Shown here: one piece after another, positions 15,733 through 24,498 of the stretch
Layout: every line of letters begins with the position of its first letter
How positions within the stretch are numbered: position 1 is the stretch's first letter
Assembly (NCBI GenBank): GCA_964591795.1
Contig: CAZQEL010000005.1
Location: 1-27,867, forward strand
Source of the DNA: an uncultured archaeon
Lineage (GTDB): Archaea > Iainarchaeota > Iainarchaeia > Iainarchaeales > CSSED10-239
Direction: 5' to 3'
DNA: 27,867 nt
Position numbers and translations under genes: made by a program
Notes under the pieces: model-generated
What the model was told of the DNA's origin: nothing
Databases searched by the model: none
The model's input: only the letters and a program-made list of their open reading frames with translations

Positions 15733-16281
15733 GTGACAAAGAAAATTAAAAACGAAATTAAAGAAAATATTATTGAAGTTCCTAAGGATATAACTTTTAA
15801 GATTGATGATCATAAAGTTATTTTTGAAAAAGGAGATTTAAAACAAGAAGTTCTTTATAATCATGTATATGTTTCTGTAGTACAAAAAGAAAATTCAATT
15901 GTTATTAGACCTAATAACAAAAAGAAAACTTATTTAGCAGTTTCAAACACACTTAGAAAAATAATGAATAATACTATTGAAGGATTTACAAAAGAATTTG
16001 TTTGTAAAATGCAAGTTGTATATTCTCACTTTCCAATTACTACAAAGGTTAATAAAGATAAATTTATTATTACAAACTTTTATGGTGAAAAGAAACCAAG
16101 AGTTGTAAATATTGCTTCAAATGTAAAAATTGAAATTAATGGTAAGGATATTACACTTTCTGGAAGAGATAAACAAGCTGTTGGTCAAACTGCTGGAAAT
16201 ATTGAATCAAAAACTAAACTTAAAGATAAAGATTATAGAGTTTTTGATGATGGAATTTATATTGTAGAAAAATCAAAATAA
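15733..16281 (+). CDS. rpl6: 50S ribosomal protein L6
   Basis: Two-domain L6 pattern and synteny. The start is probably GTG 15733, 4 nt after GTGAT (15724-15728); the track start 15724 coincides with that SD. The start codon remains uncertain. Confidence 0.88.
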   Translation: MTKKIKNEIKENIIEVPKDITFKIDDHKVIFEKGDLKQEVLYNHVYVSVVQKENSIVIRPNNKKKTYLAVSNTLRKIMNNTIEGFTKEFVCKMQVVYSHFPITTKVNKDKFIITNFYGEKKPRVVNIASNVKIEINGKDITLSGRDKQAVGQTAGNIESKTKLKDKDYRVFDDGIYIVEKSK

Positions 16282-16294
16282 TTTTAAATGACTG

Positions 16295-16639
16295 ATGATT
16301 ATGAGTAACGACACACCAAATTTTAGAGCCCATTATGGGTTAACTACTAGAAGAAAGAAAAAAAGAAGAGATGTTCAATCTTGGAGATTTCCTAATGGTA
16401 TTGATAGATCACTTTCTGAAAAAAGAGGTCCAATGCCAAAAATTGGTTATGGTCATAAGAAAGAAGATAAATTTAAACATCCTAGTAATTTTAAAGAAAT
16501 TTTAGTTACTTCAAAAACCGATCTTCTAAACATAATGGAAACAGATATAGCTATAAGATTTAGTAAAACACTTGGTTTAAAGAAAAAAATTGAGCTTACA
16601 GAAATCGCAAAGGAAAAAAATTTAAAAGTTTTAAATTAA
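16295..16639 (+). CDS. rpl32e: 50S ribosomal protein L32e
   Basis: SWRFPNGIDRS...KIGYGHKKEDKFKHPSNFKEILV matches L32e. ATG 16301 is an equally plausible start. Confidence 0.9.
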   Translation: MIMSNDTPNFRAHYGLTTRRKKKRRDVQSWRFPNGIDRSLSEKRGPMPKIGYGHKKEDKFKHPSNFKEILVTSKTDLLNIMETDIAIRFSKTLGLKKKIELTEIAKEKNLKVLN

Positions 16640-16641
16640 AT

Positions 16642-16646
16642 GTGAT
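16642..16646 (+). promoter_or_regulatory. Shine-Dalgarno GTGAT for rpl19e
   Basis: AAATGTGATATTTTATG, 5 nt spacer to ATG 16652. Confidence 0.55.
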
Positions 16647-16651
16647 ATTTT

Positions 16652-17101
16652 ATGAAATTAGATAAACTTAAGGCAATGGCTGGTAAAATTCTTAAAAAAA
16701 GTAAGCATAAACTTATTTTAGATTTAGATAAACTTGAGTCAAATAAAAAAATGATTTCTGATGCTATTACTAAAGATGATGCTAGACAAATAATAGTAGA
16801 TGGTGTTGTTAAAAAGAAAACTAATACAGGCCATTCAAGAGGAAATGCAAGAATCTTACTTGCAAAGAAAAAATTAAAAAGAAAAAGAGGACCTGGTAAA
16901 AGAAAAGGTACTAAGAAAGCAAGAGCAACAAAAAGTGATCATAATTTAAAAGTTAGAGCTTTAAGAAAAAAACTTAGAGAACTTAAAAAAGAAAATAAAC
17001 TTAATGAAAAAAATTATAATAATTTATATCTTAAAATAAAAGGTAATTATTTTAAAGGAAAAAAACATCTTGAAGAATATATTAATGGTGAAAATAAATG
17101 A
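16652..17101 (+). CDS. rpl19e: 50S ribosomal protein L19e
   Basis: GHSRGNARILLAKKKLKRKRGPGKRKGTKKAR is typical of L19e. Confidence 0.92.
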   Translation: MKLDKLKAMAGKILKKSKHKLILDLDKLESNKKMISDAITKDDARQIIVDGVVKKKTNTGHSRGNARILLAKKKLKRKRGPGKRKGTKKARATKSDHNLKVRALRKKLRELKKENKLNEKNYNNLYLKIKGNYFKGKKHLEEYINGENK

Positions 17102-17613
17102 AAATCGGCCCTACCTATAATGTTCCTTTTAGAAGAAAAAGAGAACAAAAAACAGATTATAATAAAAGACTTAAATTTTTAAGATCTTATGAAAAAAGAT
17201 TTATTGTACGTTTATCAAATACTTTAGTTAGAGCACAAGTTGTGGATTATAAACTTGATGGTGATTTATCATTATTGTTTATAACTTCAAAAGAACTTAA
17301 AAAATATGGTTGGATTCATGCTTTAAAAAGTACTCCTGCAATATATTTGACTGGTCTTTTAGCTGGAGTTTTAGCAAAAGAAAAAGGGATTAAAAAAGTA
17401 ATTTTTGATACAGGAGTTAAAAATTTTAAATCAACTTCAAGAATTTTTGCTGCATTAAAAGGAATTGTTGATACTGGTATTGAGTGTCCACATGATTCTA
17501 AGGCTTTCCCTCTTCAAGATAGAATTGAAGGAAAACATATAGAAGCTCATACAAAAAATAATTTAAATAAAAACTTCTTAGAAGTTAAACAAAAAATATT
17601 AGCTAAAAAATGA
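17098..17613 (+). CDS. rpl18: 50S ribosomal protein L18
   Basis: FRRKREQKTDYNKRLKFL start. ATGA overlap with rpl19e. Confidence 0.92.
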   Translation: MKIGPTYNVPFRRKREQKTDYNKRLKFLRSYEKRFIVRLSNTLVRAQVVDYKLDGDLSLLFITSKELKKYGWIHALKSTPAIYLTGLLAGVLAKEKGIKKVIFDTGVKNFKSTSRIFAALKGIVDTGIECPHDSKAFPLQDRIEGKHIEAHTKNNLNKNFLEVKQKILAKK

Positions 17614-17635
17614 TATTTAAACTATGTGATGTTTT

Positions 17636-18334
17636 ATGCCAAGAGAAATTAAAAAAACTGTAGGAAATAAAAAAGAAAAAAGAGGTTCTAGAAGAGCTAG
17701 AACTCCAAGAGAACCTGTTTTTGATAAAGAACTTTGGATACCTAAAACAATTTTAGGAAAAAAAGTTAAAGCTGGAGAAATAACTACTCTTGAAGATGCA
17801 ATTAAATATGGGAATATAATGGAATCATCAATTGTTGATTTTTTACTTCCTGATTTAAAACATAGAATTGTAGATATTAAAAAAACAACTAGAGTTACAA
17901 GGGCTGGAAGACATTTTTCTTTTAGAGTAACTGCAATTGTTGGAGATAGTAATGGACATATTGGTATTGCATTAGCAAAAAATATTGAAAGATTTAATGC
18001 TCAAGAAAAAGCAATTCAAAAAGCAAAACTAAATATGGTTTGTGTAAAAAGAGGTTCAGGTAGTTGGGAAAGTAATACTTATGATGATAATTCAGTACCT
18101 TACAGAATTGTAGGAAAATGTTCTTCTTTAAGAGTTGAATTGTTACCTGCTCCAAAAGGTATTGGTTTAGCAGTAAGTGATTCAATTAAACCAGTTTTAG
18201 AACTTGCTGGAATTACAAACGTATGGTCAAAAACAAGAGGTGCTACTGATACAAAATTAAATTTCGTAAAAGCTACAATAGATGCACTTCATAATTTAAG
18301 TAAACTTAAAACTTTATCTGAAAAAAAAGAATAA
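17636..18334 (+). CDS. rps5: 30S ribosomal protein S5
   Basis: TRVTRAGRHFSFRVTAIVGDSNGHIG and C-terminal domain. GTGAT SD at 17626-17630. Confidence 0.94.
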   Translation: MPREIKKTVGNKKEKRGSRRARTPREPVFDKELWIPKTILGKKVKAGEITTLEDAIKYGNIMESSIVDFLLPDLKHRIVDIKKTTRVTRAGRHFSFRVTAIVGDSNGHIGIALAKNIERFNAQEKAIQKAKLNMVCVKRGSGSWESNTYDDNSVPYRIVGKCSSLRVELLPAPKGIGLAVSDSIKPVLELAGITNVWSKTRGATDTKLNFVKATIDALHNLSKLKTLSEKKE

Positions 18335-18355
18335 ATTTATAAAGATGTGAAAAAT

Positions 18356-18817
18356 ATGTTAATCGTAATATTAAGAATTAGAGGACCTGTTAAAATAAAG
18401 AAGGATATTGAAAAATCAATGTCATTATTAAGACTTACAAGAGCTAATCATTGTGTATTATATACAGATTCAGCTTATCTTAAAGGTTCCCTTAAAAAAA
18501 TGAAAGATTATGTTACTTGGGGTGAAATTTCAGAAGAAATTTTAAGTAAACTTTTATTAAAAAGAGGATATGTTTATTCTGTTGAAAATAAACTTTTAGG
18601 TTTTTCAGAAGTTTTTGAGAAAGATTCAAAAAAAGTAATTTTAGATATTTTTAATGAGAAAAAAACAATTAAAGAATTAAAAGTTAAACCAGTATTTAGA
18701 CTTAAACCACCATCAAAAGGATATGATCGTAAAGGTATTAAAAAAACTTTTGTTGAAGGTGGAGTATTAGGTTATAGAAAAGAAAAAATTAATAATTTAT
18801 TAAAAAGAATGATTTAA
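18356..18817 (+). CDS. rpl30: 50S ribosomal protein L30
   Basis: MLIVILRIRGPVKIKKDIEKSMSLLRL. Start moved to ATG 18356, 4 nt after GTGAA (18347-18351). Confidence 0.92.
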   Translation: MLIVILRIRGPVKIKKDIEKSMSLLRLTRANHCVLYTDSAYLKGSLKKMKDYVTWGEISEEILSKLLLKRGYVYSVENKLLGFSEVFEKDSKKVILDIFNEKKTIKELKVKPVFRLKPPSKGYDRKGIKKTFVEGGVLGYRKEKINNLLKRMI

Positions 18818-18840
18818 ATTTTAAGAAAAAGTGATAGTGT

Positions 18841-19221
18841 ATGCCAAAATCAAAAGTTGATAGACTTAGAGGAAAAAGAACTCATGGAAAAGGGAATACA
18901 AAGAACAACAGAGGTGCTGGTAGTAAAGGCGGTGTTGGAAGAGCTGGTTCTTTTAAACATAAGTTCACAAAATACCAAGTAGTAATTGGTAAAAGAAAAT
19001 TAATTTCACCAAGACTTGGACCTAAAGATAAACCTAAAACAATAACTTTACATGATTTGAATAGTTATCTTTTAAATAAAGATATTATTGATCTTAAAGA
19101 AATTGGATTTCAAAAAATATTAGGTACTGGAAATTTAAATAAAAAAGTTACTATTAAAAATGCACTTGTAACAAAAGTTGCAAGAGAAAAAATTGAGAAG
19201 CTTGGAGGCGTGATTGAATGA
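18841..19221 (+). CDS. rpl15: 50S ribosomal protein L15
   Basis: RLRGKRTHGKGNTKNNRGAGSKGGVGRAG. GTGAT SD at 18831-18835. Confidence 0.92.
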   Translation: MPKSKVDRLRGKRTHGKGNTKNNRGAGSKGGVGRAGSFKHKFTKYQVVIGKRKLISPRLGPKDKPKTITLHDLNSYLLNKDIIDLKEIGFQKILGTGNLNKKVTIKNALVTKVAREKIEKLGGVIE

Positions 19222-20549
19222 ATTTTTATTCAATAGCTCAAACTATACTTCCAGGGGTTAAAGATCCTAAAAAATCTTTAACAATTAAAGATAAGTTAAT
19301 CTGGACAGGTATAGTTCTTGTTGTATTTTTTATTTTAGGTATAATAATGCTTATTGGTATTAATCAATCTCAATTACCACGACTTGAATATTTACAAATG
19401 ATACTTGCAAGTCAAATTGGTTCTTTAATAACTTTAGGAATTGGTCCTATTGTTCTTGCATCAATTATTTTACAATTACTTGCAGGAGTAAAAATTATAA
19501 ATCTTGATTTTTCAAATCCTGATGATAGAGCAAAGTTTGCAGTTTTACAGAAGGTTTCTGCGGTTGTGCTTTCAATTATTGAAGCATTTGTTGCAGTAAA
19601 AGTTGGTTTTTTAATGCCTATGCCTGGAATGGGTTTGTGGGTTGTGTTACAAGTAGTTATTGGTTCAATAATTATTTTATATTTAGATGATGTTGTTACG
19701 AAATATGGTATTGGTTCCGGAATTGGACTTTTTATTGCTGCAGGTGTTTCACAAGCAATAATTTGGAGAATTTTTAGTCCTCCAGTAGCAGGATCAACTG
19801 GTGGTCTTATTTTTATGGCTGTTGATTTAATAAGTACGGGTGCGATGATTCAATTATTAACCTTTGTACTAATTCCATTATTGATGACGATTTTAGTATT
19901 TTTAGTTGTTGTTTATGCAGAAGGAATGCATGTAAATATTCCATTAACGGTCGGCAGAAGTGGAATGGGGGCAAAGTATCCTGTAAAACTTTTATATGTT
20001 TCGGTTATGCCAGTTATTTTTGCATCAACTTTATTTGCAAATGTAAATCTTTTGGTGAATATTGCAAAGAATACAAGATTTGAAAATATAATGTTTAAAA
20101 TTGGAGTGTTATTAACTCCTCAATATAAGCTTTTAGAAAACGCAATTTTAGGTGGAGCTACAAGTGCCATGTGGATTAATGCTTTAATATACATGGTATT
20201 GTTTGTAGTAACCTGTGTTATATTTGGTAAATTTTGGGTTATGGTTGGTGGCCAAGATTCAAGTTCAGTTGCTCGTCAACTTCAAAATTCAGGTATGTCA
20301 ATACCAGGTTTTAGAAGAGATGAAAGAGTTTTAGCAACTGTGCTTAATAGATATATACCAACAATTACAATACTTGGTTCAATATTTGTTGGACTATTAG
20401 CGTTTGTATCTGATCTTACTGGAGCTATTGGTTCTGGAACAGGAATTTTATTAACTGTTGGTGTAATATATAAATTATATGAAGTATTAGCAAAAGATCA
20501 AGTATTTCAAAATAGTGCAATTTTAAAACAAGTTACAGGTAAAAAATAA
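19218..20549 (+). CDS. secY: Preprotein translocase subunit SecY
   Basis: 443-aa protein with 10 TM helices and canonical synteny after L15. ATGA overlap with rpl15. Confidence 0.95.
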   Translation: MNFYSIAQTILPGVKDPKKSLTIKDKLIWTGIVLVVFFILGIIMLIGINQSQLPRLEYLQMILASQIGSLITLGIGPIVLASIILQLLAGVKIINLDFSNPDDRAKFAVLQKVSAVVLSIIEAFVAVKVGFLMPMPGMGLWVVLQVVIGSIIILYLDDVVTKYGIGSGIGLFIAAGVSQAIIWRIFSPPVAGSTGGLIFMAVDLISTGAMIQLLTFVLIPLLMTILVFLVVVYAEGMHVNIPLTVGRSGMGAKYPVKLLYVSVMPVIFASTLFANVNLLVNIAKNTRFENIMFKIGVLLTPQYKLLENAILGGATSAMWINALIYMVLFVVTCVIFGKFWVMVGGQDSSSVARQLQNSGMSIPGFRRDERVLATVLNRYIPTITILGSIFVGLLAFVSDLTGAIGSGTGILLTVGVIYKLYEVLAKDQVFQNSAILKQVTGKK

Positions 20550-20565
20550 AAAAGGAAATTTATGC

Positions 20566-21024
20566 ATGTTTGAAGCCCCATTAATTAGTTTTTGGATAGA
20601 TATAATAATTATATCGTTATTTTTTGCAGTTTCAAGTAAATTAATTCAACATTTCACAAGTAATCCTAAGGATTATTTTTATATAAAATTAAAAACAAAA
20701 TTAATTAATAAACAAATGAAAGAACTTGCAAATGAACAAGATATGCCTGCAGTTAAAAAAAAACAAAAAGAAGCATTTAGTCTTGTAGGAAAACAATTTA
20801 AACTTCAACAAAAATCAATGCTTGTAATGCTTGTAGTTGCATTTCCATTATTGTGGTTTGTAAATAAATTTTATAATGTACCATTTGATTTTATTTTATT
20901 TTCAGTAAAATCAGGATTTTGGGCTTATGTTATTATAGGTGTTTTATTATCTTTGATAATTAATAATTTATATGATAAAAAATTAGTTAAAAAATATTAT
21001 CCTGAGGGAGAATTAAAAGAATAA
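20566..21024 (+). CDS. DUF106 / EMC3-TMCO1-like membrane protein (archaeal YidC/Oxa1-like insertase family)
   Basis: Architecture is TM1, a charged coiled region (KLINKQMKELANEQDMPAVKKKQKEAF..QQKSM), then two TM helices. It occupies the canonical post-secY position of MJ0480-type DUF106 genes. Confidence 0.6.
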   Translation: MFEAPLISFWIDIIIISLFFAVSSKLIQHFTSNPKDYFYIKLKTKLINKQMKELANEQDMPAVKKKQKEAFSLVGKQFKLQQKSMLVMLVVAFPLLWFVNKFYNVPFDFILFSVKSGFWAYVIIGVLLSLIINNLYDKKLVKKYYPEGELKE

Positions 21025-21048
21025 TTAAATATATAAGGTGAATAATTT

Positions 21049-21390
21049 ATGCCAAATAATAATGAAAAATTTAAAAAACACAAATCAGTAAAAACTCCTG
21101 GTGGAAATGTTAGAAGAGTTGTTTTAAAGAAAACTCCTGGAAAACATATTTGTGCAATTTCAAAAAAACCACTTCAAGGTATGCCTCACAACAAAAGACC
21201 TTTTGAAGTTTTAAGACTTACAAAAACACAAAGAAAACCAGAGAACCTTTTAGCATCAATGATTTCTCCAGATATTAGAAAAGATATATATCTTCAAGCA
21301 GTAATGCTTAAGTATAATTTAATTACTCTTGATGATGCTGATTTAAGATATATTAAATATATAGATATGATTAAAAATAAGATTGAATAG
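21049..21390 (+). CDS. rpl34e: 50S ribosomal protein L34e
   Basis: VKTPGGNVRRVVLKKTPGKHICAISKKPLQG matches the L34e N-terminal signature. GGTGAA SD. Confidence 0.85.
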   Translation: MPNNNEKFKKHKSVKTPGGNVRRVVLKKTPGKHICAISKKPLQGMPHNKRPFEVLRLTKTQRKPENLLASMISPDIRKDIYLQAVMLKYNLITLDDADLRYIKYIDMIKNKIE

Positions 21391-21415
21391 TAATATATAC
21401 GTGTGAGTGATTTAT

Positions 21416-21571
21416 ATGGGTATTTTAAAAGTTGGAACTGAATGTATAATAATTCAGGGAAGAAATTTTGGTAAAAAAATAAAAATAGAAAAAATTTTAA
21501 ATAATAGTGTTTACTATAAAGCAAAAGATAAAGAGGTAAGACTTAGTATTTTTCACGTCTTTCCAATTTAA
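21416..21571 (+). CDS. rpl14e: 50S ribosomal protein L14e, truncated 51-aa form (absent from the ORF track)
   Basis: MGILKVGTECIIIQGRNFGKKIKIEKILNNSVYYKAKDKEVRLSIFHVFPI. It aligns by eye with the KOW-like N-terminal half of archaeal L14e (..VGRICVKVKGREAGSKCVIVDIID...RRRVNILHLEP). GTGAT SD at 21407-21411, 4 nt before the ATG. Canonical synteny after L34e. Confidence 0.7.
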   Translation: MGILKVGTECIIIQGRNFGKKIKIEKILNNSVYYKAKDKEVRLSIFHVFPI

Positions 21572-21594
21572 AAATTATAAAATGAGTGTTAATT

Positions 21595-22224
21595 ATGGCT
21601 AGAGCAAAAAAGAAAGATAGTAGTGGCGGAAAAGGTAAAGGTGGTAAAAATAATAAAAAACCATCCAAATTTACAAAAGGTAAGAAAGATAACTTTGTGT
21701 CAAAAGTTGCTAAACCTGAGAGAATTGCAAATCAATCTACAAGAAAAGCACCTTCTCATTTAGATTTATCTAAAGAAACTAAAGATTTTAAACACGTTGT
21801 AAGAATAAGTGGAAGAGATGTTCCTGGGTTTATGTCTTTAAAAGACGGGCTTGCTTTTGTTTATGGTCTTGGAATTAGACTTTCTAAAGTTATTGAAAAC
21901 GTATTTAATAAAAAAACAAATAAAATTATTAAAAAAGTAGGATACTTAACTGATGATGATGTTGTAATTATTGAAAAAATTATAATTGATTTAGATAAAG
22001 AAGTTCCATCATGGTTATTAAATAGAGTTAGAACAATGAATGGGTCTACTAAGCATTTAATAATGGCTGATTTAAGACTTGAAAATAGAAAAGATCTTCA
22101 AATTTTAGGTAAAACAAAAAGTTATAGAGGATTAAGACTTCAGTGGGGTCTTACAGTTAGAGGACAAAAAACAAAATCATCTTTTAGAAAAGGTGGCGCT
22201 GTTGGAGTTAATAAGAAAAAATAA
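21595..22224 (+). CDS. rps13: 30S ribosomal protein S13 with a Lys/Gly-rich N-terminal extension
   Basis: The S13 core starts at FKHVVRISGRDVPG, about residue 64. Start moved to ATG 21595; the track's GTG 21586 lies in the SD-like GAGTG. Confidence 0.9.
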   Translation: MARAKKKDSSGGKGKGGKNNKKPSKFTKGKKDNFVSKVAKPERIANQSTRKAPSHLDLSKETKDFKHVVRISGRDVPGFMSLKDGLAFVYGLGIRLSKVIENVFNKKTNKIIKKVGYLTDDDVVIIEKIIIDLDKEVPSWLLNRVRTMNGSTKHLIMADLRLENRKDLQILGKTKSYRGLRLQWGLTVRGQKTKSSFRKGGAVGVNKKK

Positions 22225-22244
22225 ATTTTAAATTGTGATATTTT

Positions 22245-22829
22245 ATGGGTGACCCAAAAAGACTTGATAGAAAATATGATGTTCCAAGAATTAAATGGAA
22301 TAAACAAAAGATAAAAGTTGAAAGAGATATTTCTGACGATTATGGTTTAAGAAGAAAGAAAGAACTTTGGAAAGCTGATACGGAAGTAAGAAGCTATAGA
22401 AAGAGAGCAAGACTTTTACTTGCTGGAAGAGTTGATGATTATAGTACTAGAAAAGATGAACTTTTAAATAGACTTATACACATGGGTATTTTTACAAAAG
22501 AACATAAAATTGAAGATGTTTTAAAATTAAATTTGACTGATTATTTGGACAGAAGACTTCAAACATTAGTTTTTAAAAAAGGACTTGCATTAACACCAAA
22601 TCAAGCAAGACAATTAATTACTCACGGGCATATTGCAATTAATGGCAAGGTTAGAAAAATACCAGGATCAATTGTTTATGAAGGAGAATCAATTTCTTAC
22701 AATAAGACACAAATTAAAGATATGGTTGAAAAAATGACTGAAAAGAAAGGAAAACCAGTATCAAAAGATTCTAAAAAAACAATTATAAAAGAAGAGCCTG
22801 TAAAAGAAAATGTAGAGAGTGAAAAATAA
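22245..22829 (+). CDS. rps4: 30S ribosomal protein S4
   Basis: MGDPKRLDRKYDVPR start and S4 RNA-binding domain (ARQLITHGHIAINGK). GTGAT SD at 22235-22239. Confidence 0.94.
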   Translation: MGDPKRLDRKYDVPRIKWNKQKIKVERDISDDYGLRRKKELWKADTEVRSYRKRARLLLAGRVDDYSTRKDELLNRLIHMGIFTKEHKIEDVLKLNLTDYLDRRLQTLVFKKGLALTPNQARQLITHGHIAINGKVRKIPGSIVYEGESISYNKTQIKDMVEKMTEKKGKPVSKDSKKTIIKEEPVKENVESEK

Positions 22830-23218
22830 TGGCTACTATTGAAAAAATTGGAATTGTAAATATTTTTGCATCCAGAAATAATACTATAATGGTATTAACA
22901 GATGAAACTGGGGCTGAAGTTATTGCAAAAACTTCTGGTGGACAATTAACTAAATCTCAACATAAGGAAGGATCTCCTTATATTGCAATGAAAATGTCTC
23001 AAATTATTGCTGAAAAAGCAAAAGAAAGAGGCATTAAAGAAGTGCATGTTAAGATAAGAGCTCCAGGTGGAAATTTATATTATAACCCAGGACAGGGTGC
23101 TGAACCATCAATTAAATCATTAACTAGAAATGGTCTTAGAATATTAAGTATTTTAAATACAACACCTGTTCCTCACGATGGTTGTAGAAAGAAAAAAACT
23201 CATAGAAGAGATAAGTAA
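22829..23218 (+). CDS. rps11: 30S ribosomal protein S11
   Basis: GIVNIFASRNNTIMVLTDETGAE...PVPHDGCRKKK. TAATG overlap with rps4. Confidence 0.94.
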   Translation: MATIEKIGIVNIFASRNNTIMVLTDETGAEVIAKTSGGQLTKSQHKEGSPYIAMKMSQIIAEKAKERGIKEVHVKIRAPGGNLYYNPGQGAEPSIKSLTRNGLRILSILNTTPVPHDGCRKKKTHRRDK

Positions 23219-23248
23219 AATTTAAATAAAATAAATTTGTGATTATTT

Positions 23249-23986
23249 ATGGTGAAAGTAAAATTTTTAGAAAGAGATAATAAAACTTATAAGTTTTTAG
23301 TTGAAAATACAGATAGTGTTGTTTTAAATACAATTAGAAGAACAATAAGTTATTATGTTCCTATCTATGCAATAGACGAAATTGAATTTATTGAAAATAA
23401 CTCAGTTGTATTTGATGAAATGCTTTCAAATAGAATCGCACTTTCTCCAGTATTAAGTCCTCTTTTAAATACAGGTAAAAAAGTTACTTTTAATTTAGAT
23501 GTTAAAGGTCCTAGTACAGTTTATACTAAAGAATTAGAATCAAATGATTCTCAAATAAAAATGGTTTATGATACAATTCCATTAGCAAAATTAAATGAAA
23601 ATGAAGCTATTAGACTTTTAGCTTATGCAGTTTTAGGTCAAGGAAAAGATCATGTGAAATATATGCCAGCAATTGTGTCATATGCTCAACTTTGTGAACT
23701 TGAAAGTTCTAGAAGTTGTGAAAACTGTAAAGCAGTTTTTGAAAAGGTTTCAAAGAATGCTATAAAAGCAGAATCTTCAAAAAATATTGTTATAGCACCA
23801 GAAGATTATGATTTTGTAGTAGCTCAAATTGAATCTTGTGAAAAAAAGTGTTTAAAAATTAATCCAACTAATAATTATATATTAAATGTTGAACTTATTG
23901 GTCAAATTAAGTCCAAAGATTTATTTAAATTAACTGATAGATATATAAAAGAATATACGGGAATACTTAAAAAAAAATTAAAATGA
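23249..23986 (+). CDS. rpoD: DNA-directed RNA polymerase subunit D (Rpo3)
   Basis: LNTIRRTISYYVPIYAIDEIEFIENNSVVFDEMLSNRIALSP dimerisation-domain signature. Cys cluster C149, C158, C161, C197, C201. GTGAT SD at 23239-23243. Confidence 0.9.
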   Translation: MVKVKFLERDNKTYKFLVENTDSVVLNTIRRTISYYVPIYAIDEIEFIENNSVVFDEMLSNRIALSPVLSPLLNTGKKVTFNLDVKGPSTVYTKELESNDSQIKMVYDTIPLAKLNENEAIRLLAYAVLGQGKDHVKYMPAIVSYAQLCELESSRSCENCKAVFEKVSKNAIKAESSKNIVIAPEDYDFVVAQIESCEKKCLKINPTNNYILNVELIGQIKSKDLFKLTDRYIKEYTGILKKKLK

Positions 23987-23997
23987 ATTTTTAAAAA

Positions 23998-24079
23998 GCA
24001 GGGGTTCCCGAGTGGTCAAAGGGGCAGGACTTAAGATCCTGTGCTTAGTGCTTCGCAGGTTCGAATCCTGTTCCCTGCA
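23998..24079 (+). tRNA. tRNA-Leu, anticodon UAA
   Basis: Manual cloverleaf. Acceptor GCAGGGG/TCCCTGC with one G-U pair and discriminator A. Anticodon stem CAGGA/TCCTG with loop CTTAAGA (U33, anticodon TAA, G37). A 13-nt variable region (class II). T arm GCAGG-TTCGAAT-CCTGT. No encoded CCA and no intron. Confidence 0.9.
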
Positions 24080-24113
24080 TTTTAATATTTAAAGTTTTAG
24101 AGGGTGTCAAAAT

Positions 24114-24476
24114 ATGGCAGTTAAAAAAGATTTAATGAACATTGAAAAAAAACAAACTATAGATAGTTTATACAGTGCTTTTAAAGAAAAGAAAAAAGAT
24201 ATTTATAAGAAAGTTGCAGATGATTTATCTTCATCAAGAAGAAGAAATATTAAAATAAATCTTACTAAAATTGAATCTTTAAAAAATGTGTCTGATGGTT
24301 CTATTGTTATAGTGTCAGGTAAAATTTTAGGTGTTGGTACTTTAAATAAAAAAGTTACAGTTTATGCCTATAGTTTTTCAAAAAGTGCTAAAGAAAAATT
24401 AAAAACAAATGCAAAAAATTTATTAGATTTTGCAAAAGATAAAATAGATCTTAAAAAAGCAGTAATTATAAAATAA
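24114..24476 (+). CDS. rpl18e: 50S ribosomal protein L18e
   Basis: SSRRRNIKINLTKI...IVIVSGKILGVG.L.KKVTVYAYSFSKSAKEKL is typical of L18e, with canonical synteny. Confidence 0.88.
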   Translation: MAVKKDLMNIEKKQTIDSLYSAFKEKKKDIYKKVADDLSSSRRRNIKINLTKIESLKNVSDGSIVIVSGKILGVGTLNKKVTVYAYSFSKSAKEKLKTNAKNLLDFAKDKIDLKKAVIIK

Positions 24477-24498
24477 TTTTAAATTATGGTGGATAAAC

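Noticed and set aside
17994-18185. 63-aa minus-strand ORF inside rps5
   Set aside because: Antisense shadow of a highly conserved gene.
21294-21524. 76-aa minus-strand ORF listed in the track
   Set aside because: It overlaps the 3' end of rpl34e and the plus-strand L14e-like ORF, which has an SD and canonical synteny. Its translation is low-complexity (FFLFLFFYQNFF), typical of an AT-rich antisense frame.
23998-24079. Possible intron or split structure in the tRNA
   Set aside because: The 82-nt sequence folds into a complete class II cloverleaf with a standard 7-nt anticodon loop. The extra length is explained by the long variable arm of tRNA-Leu.
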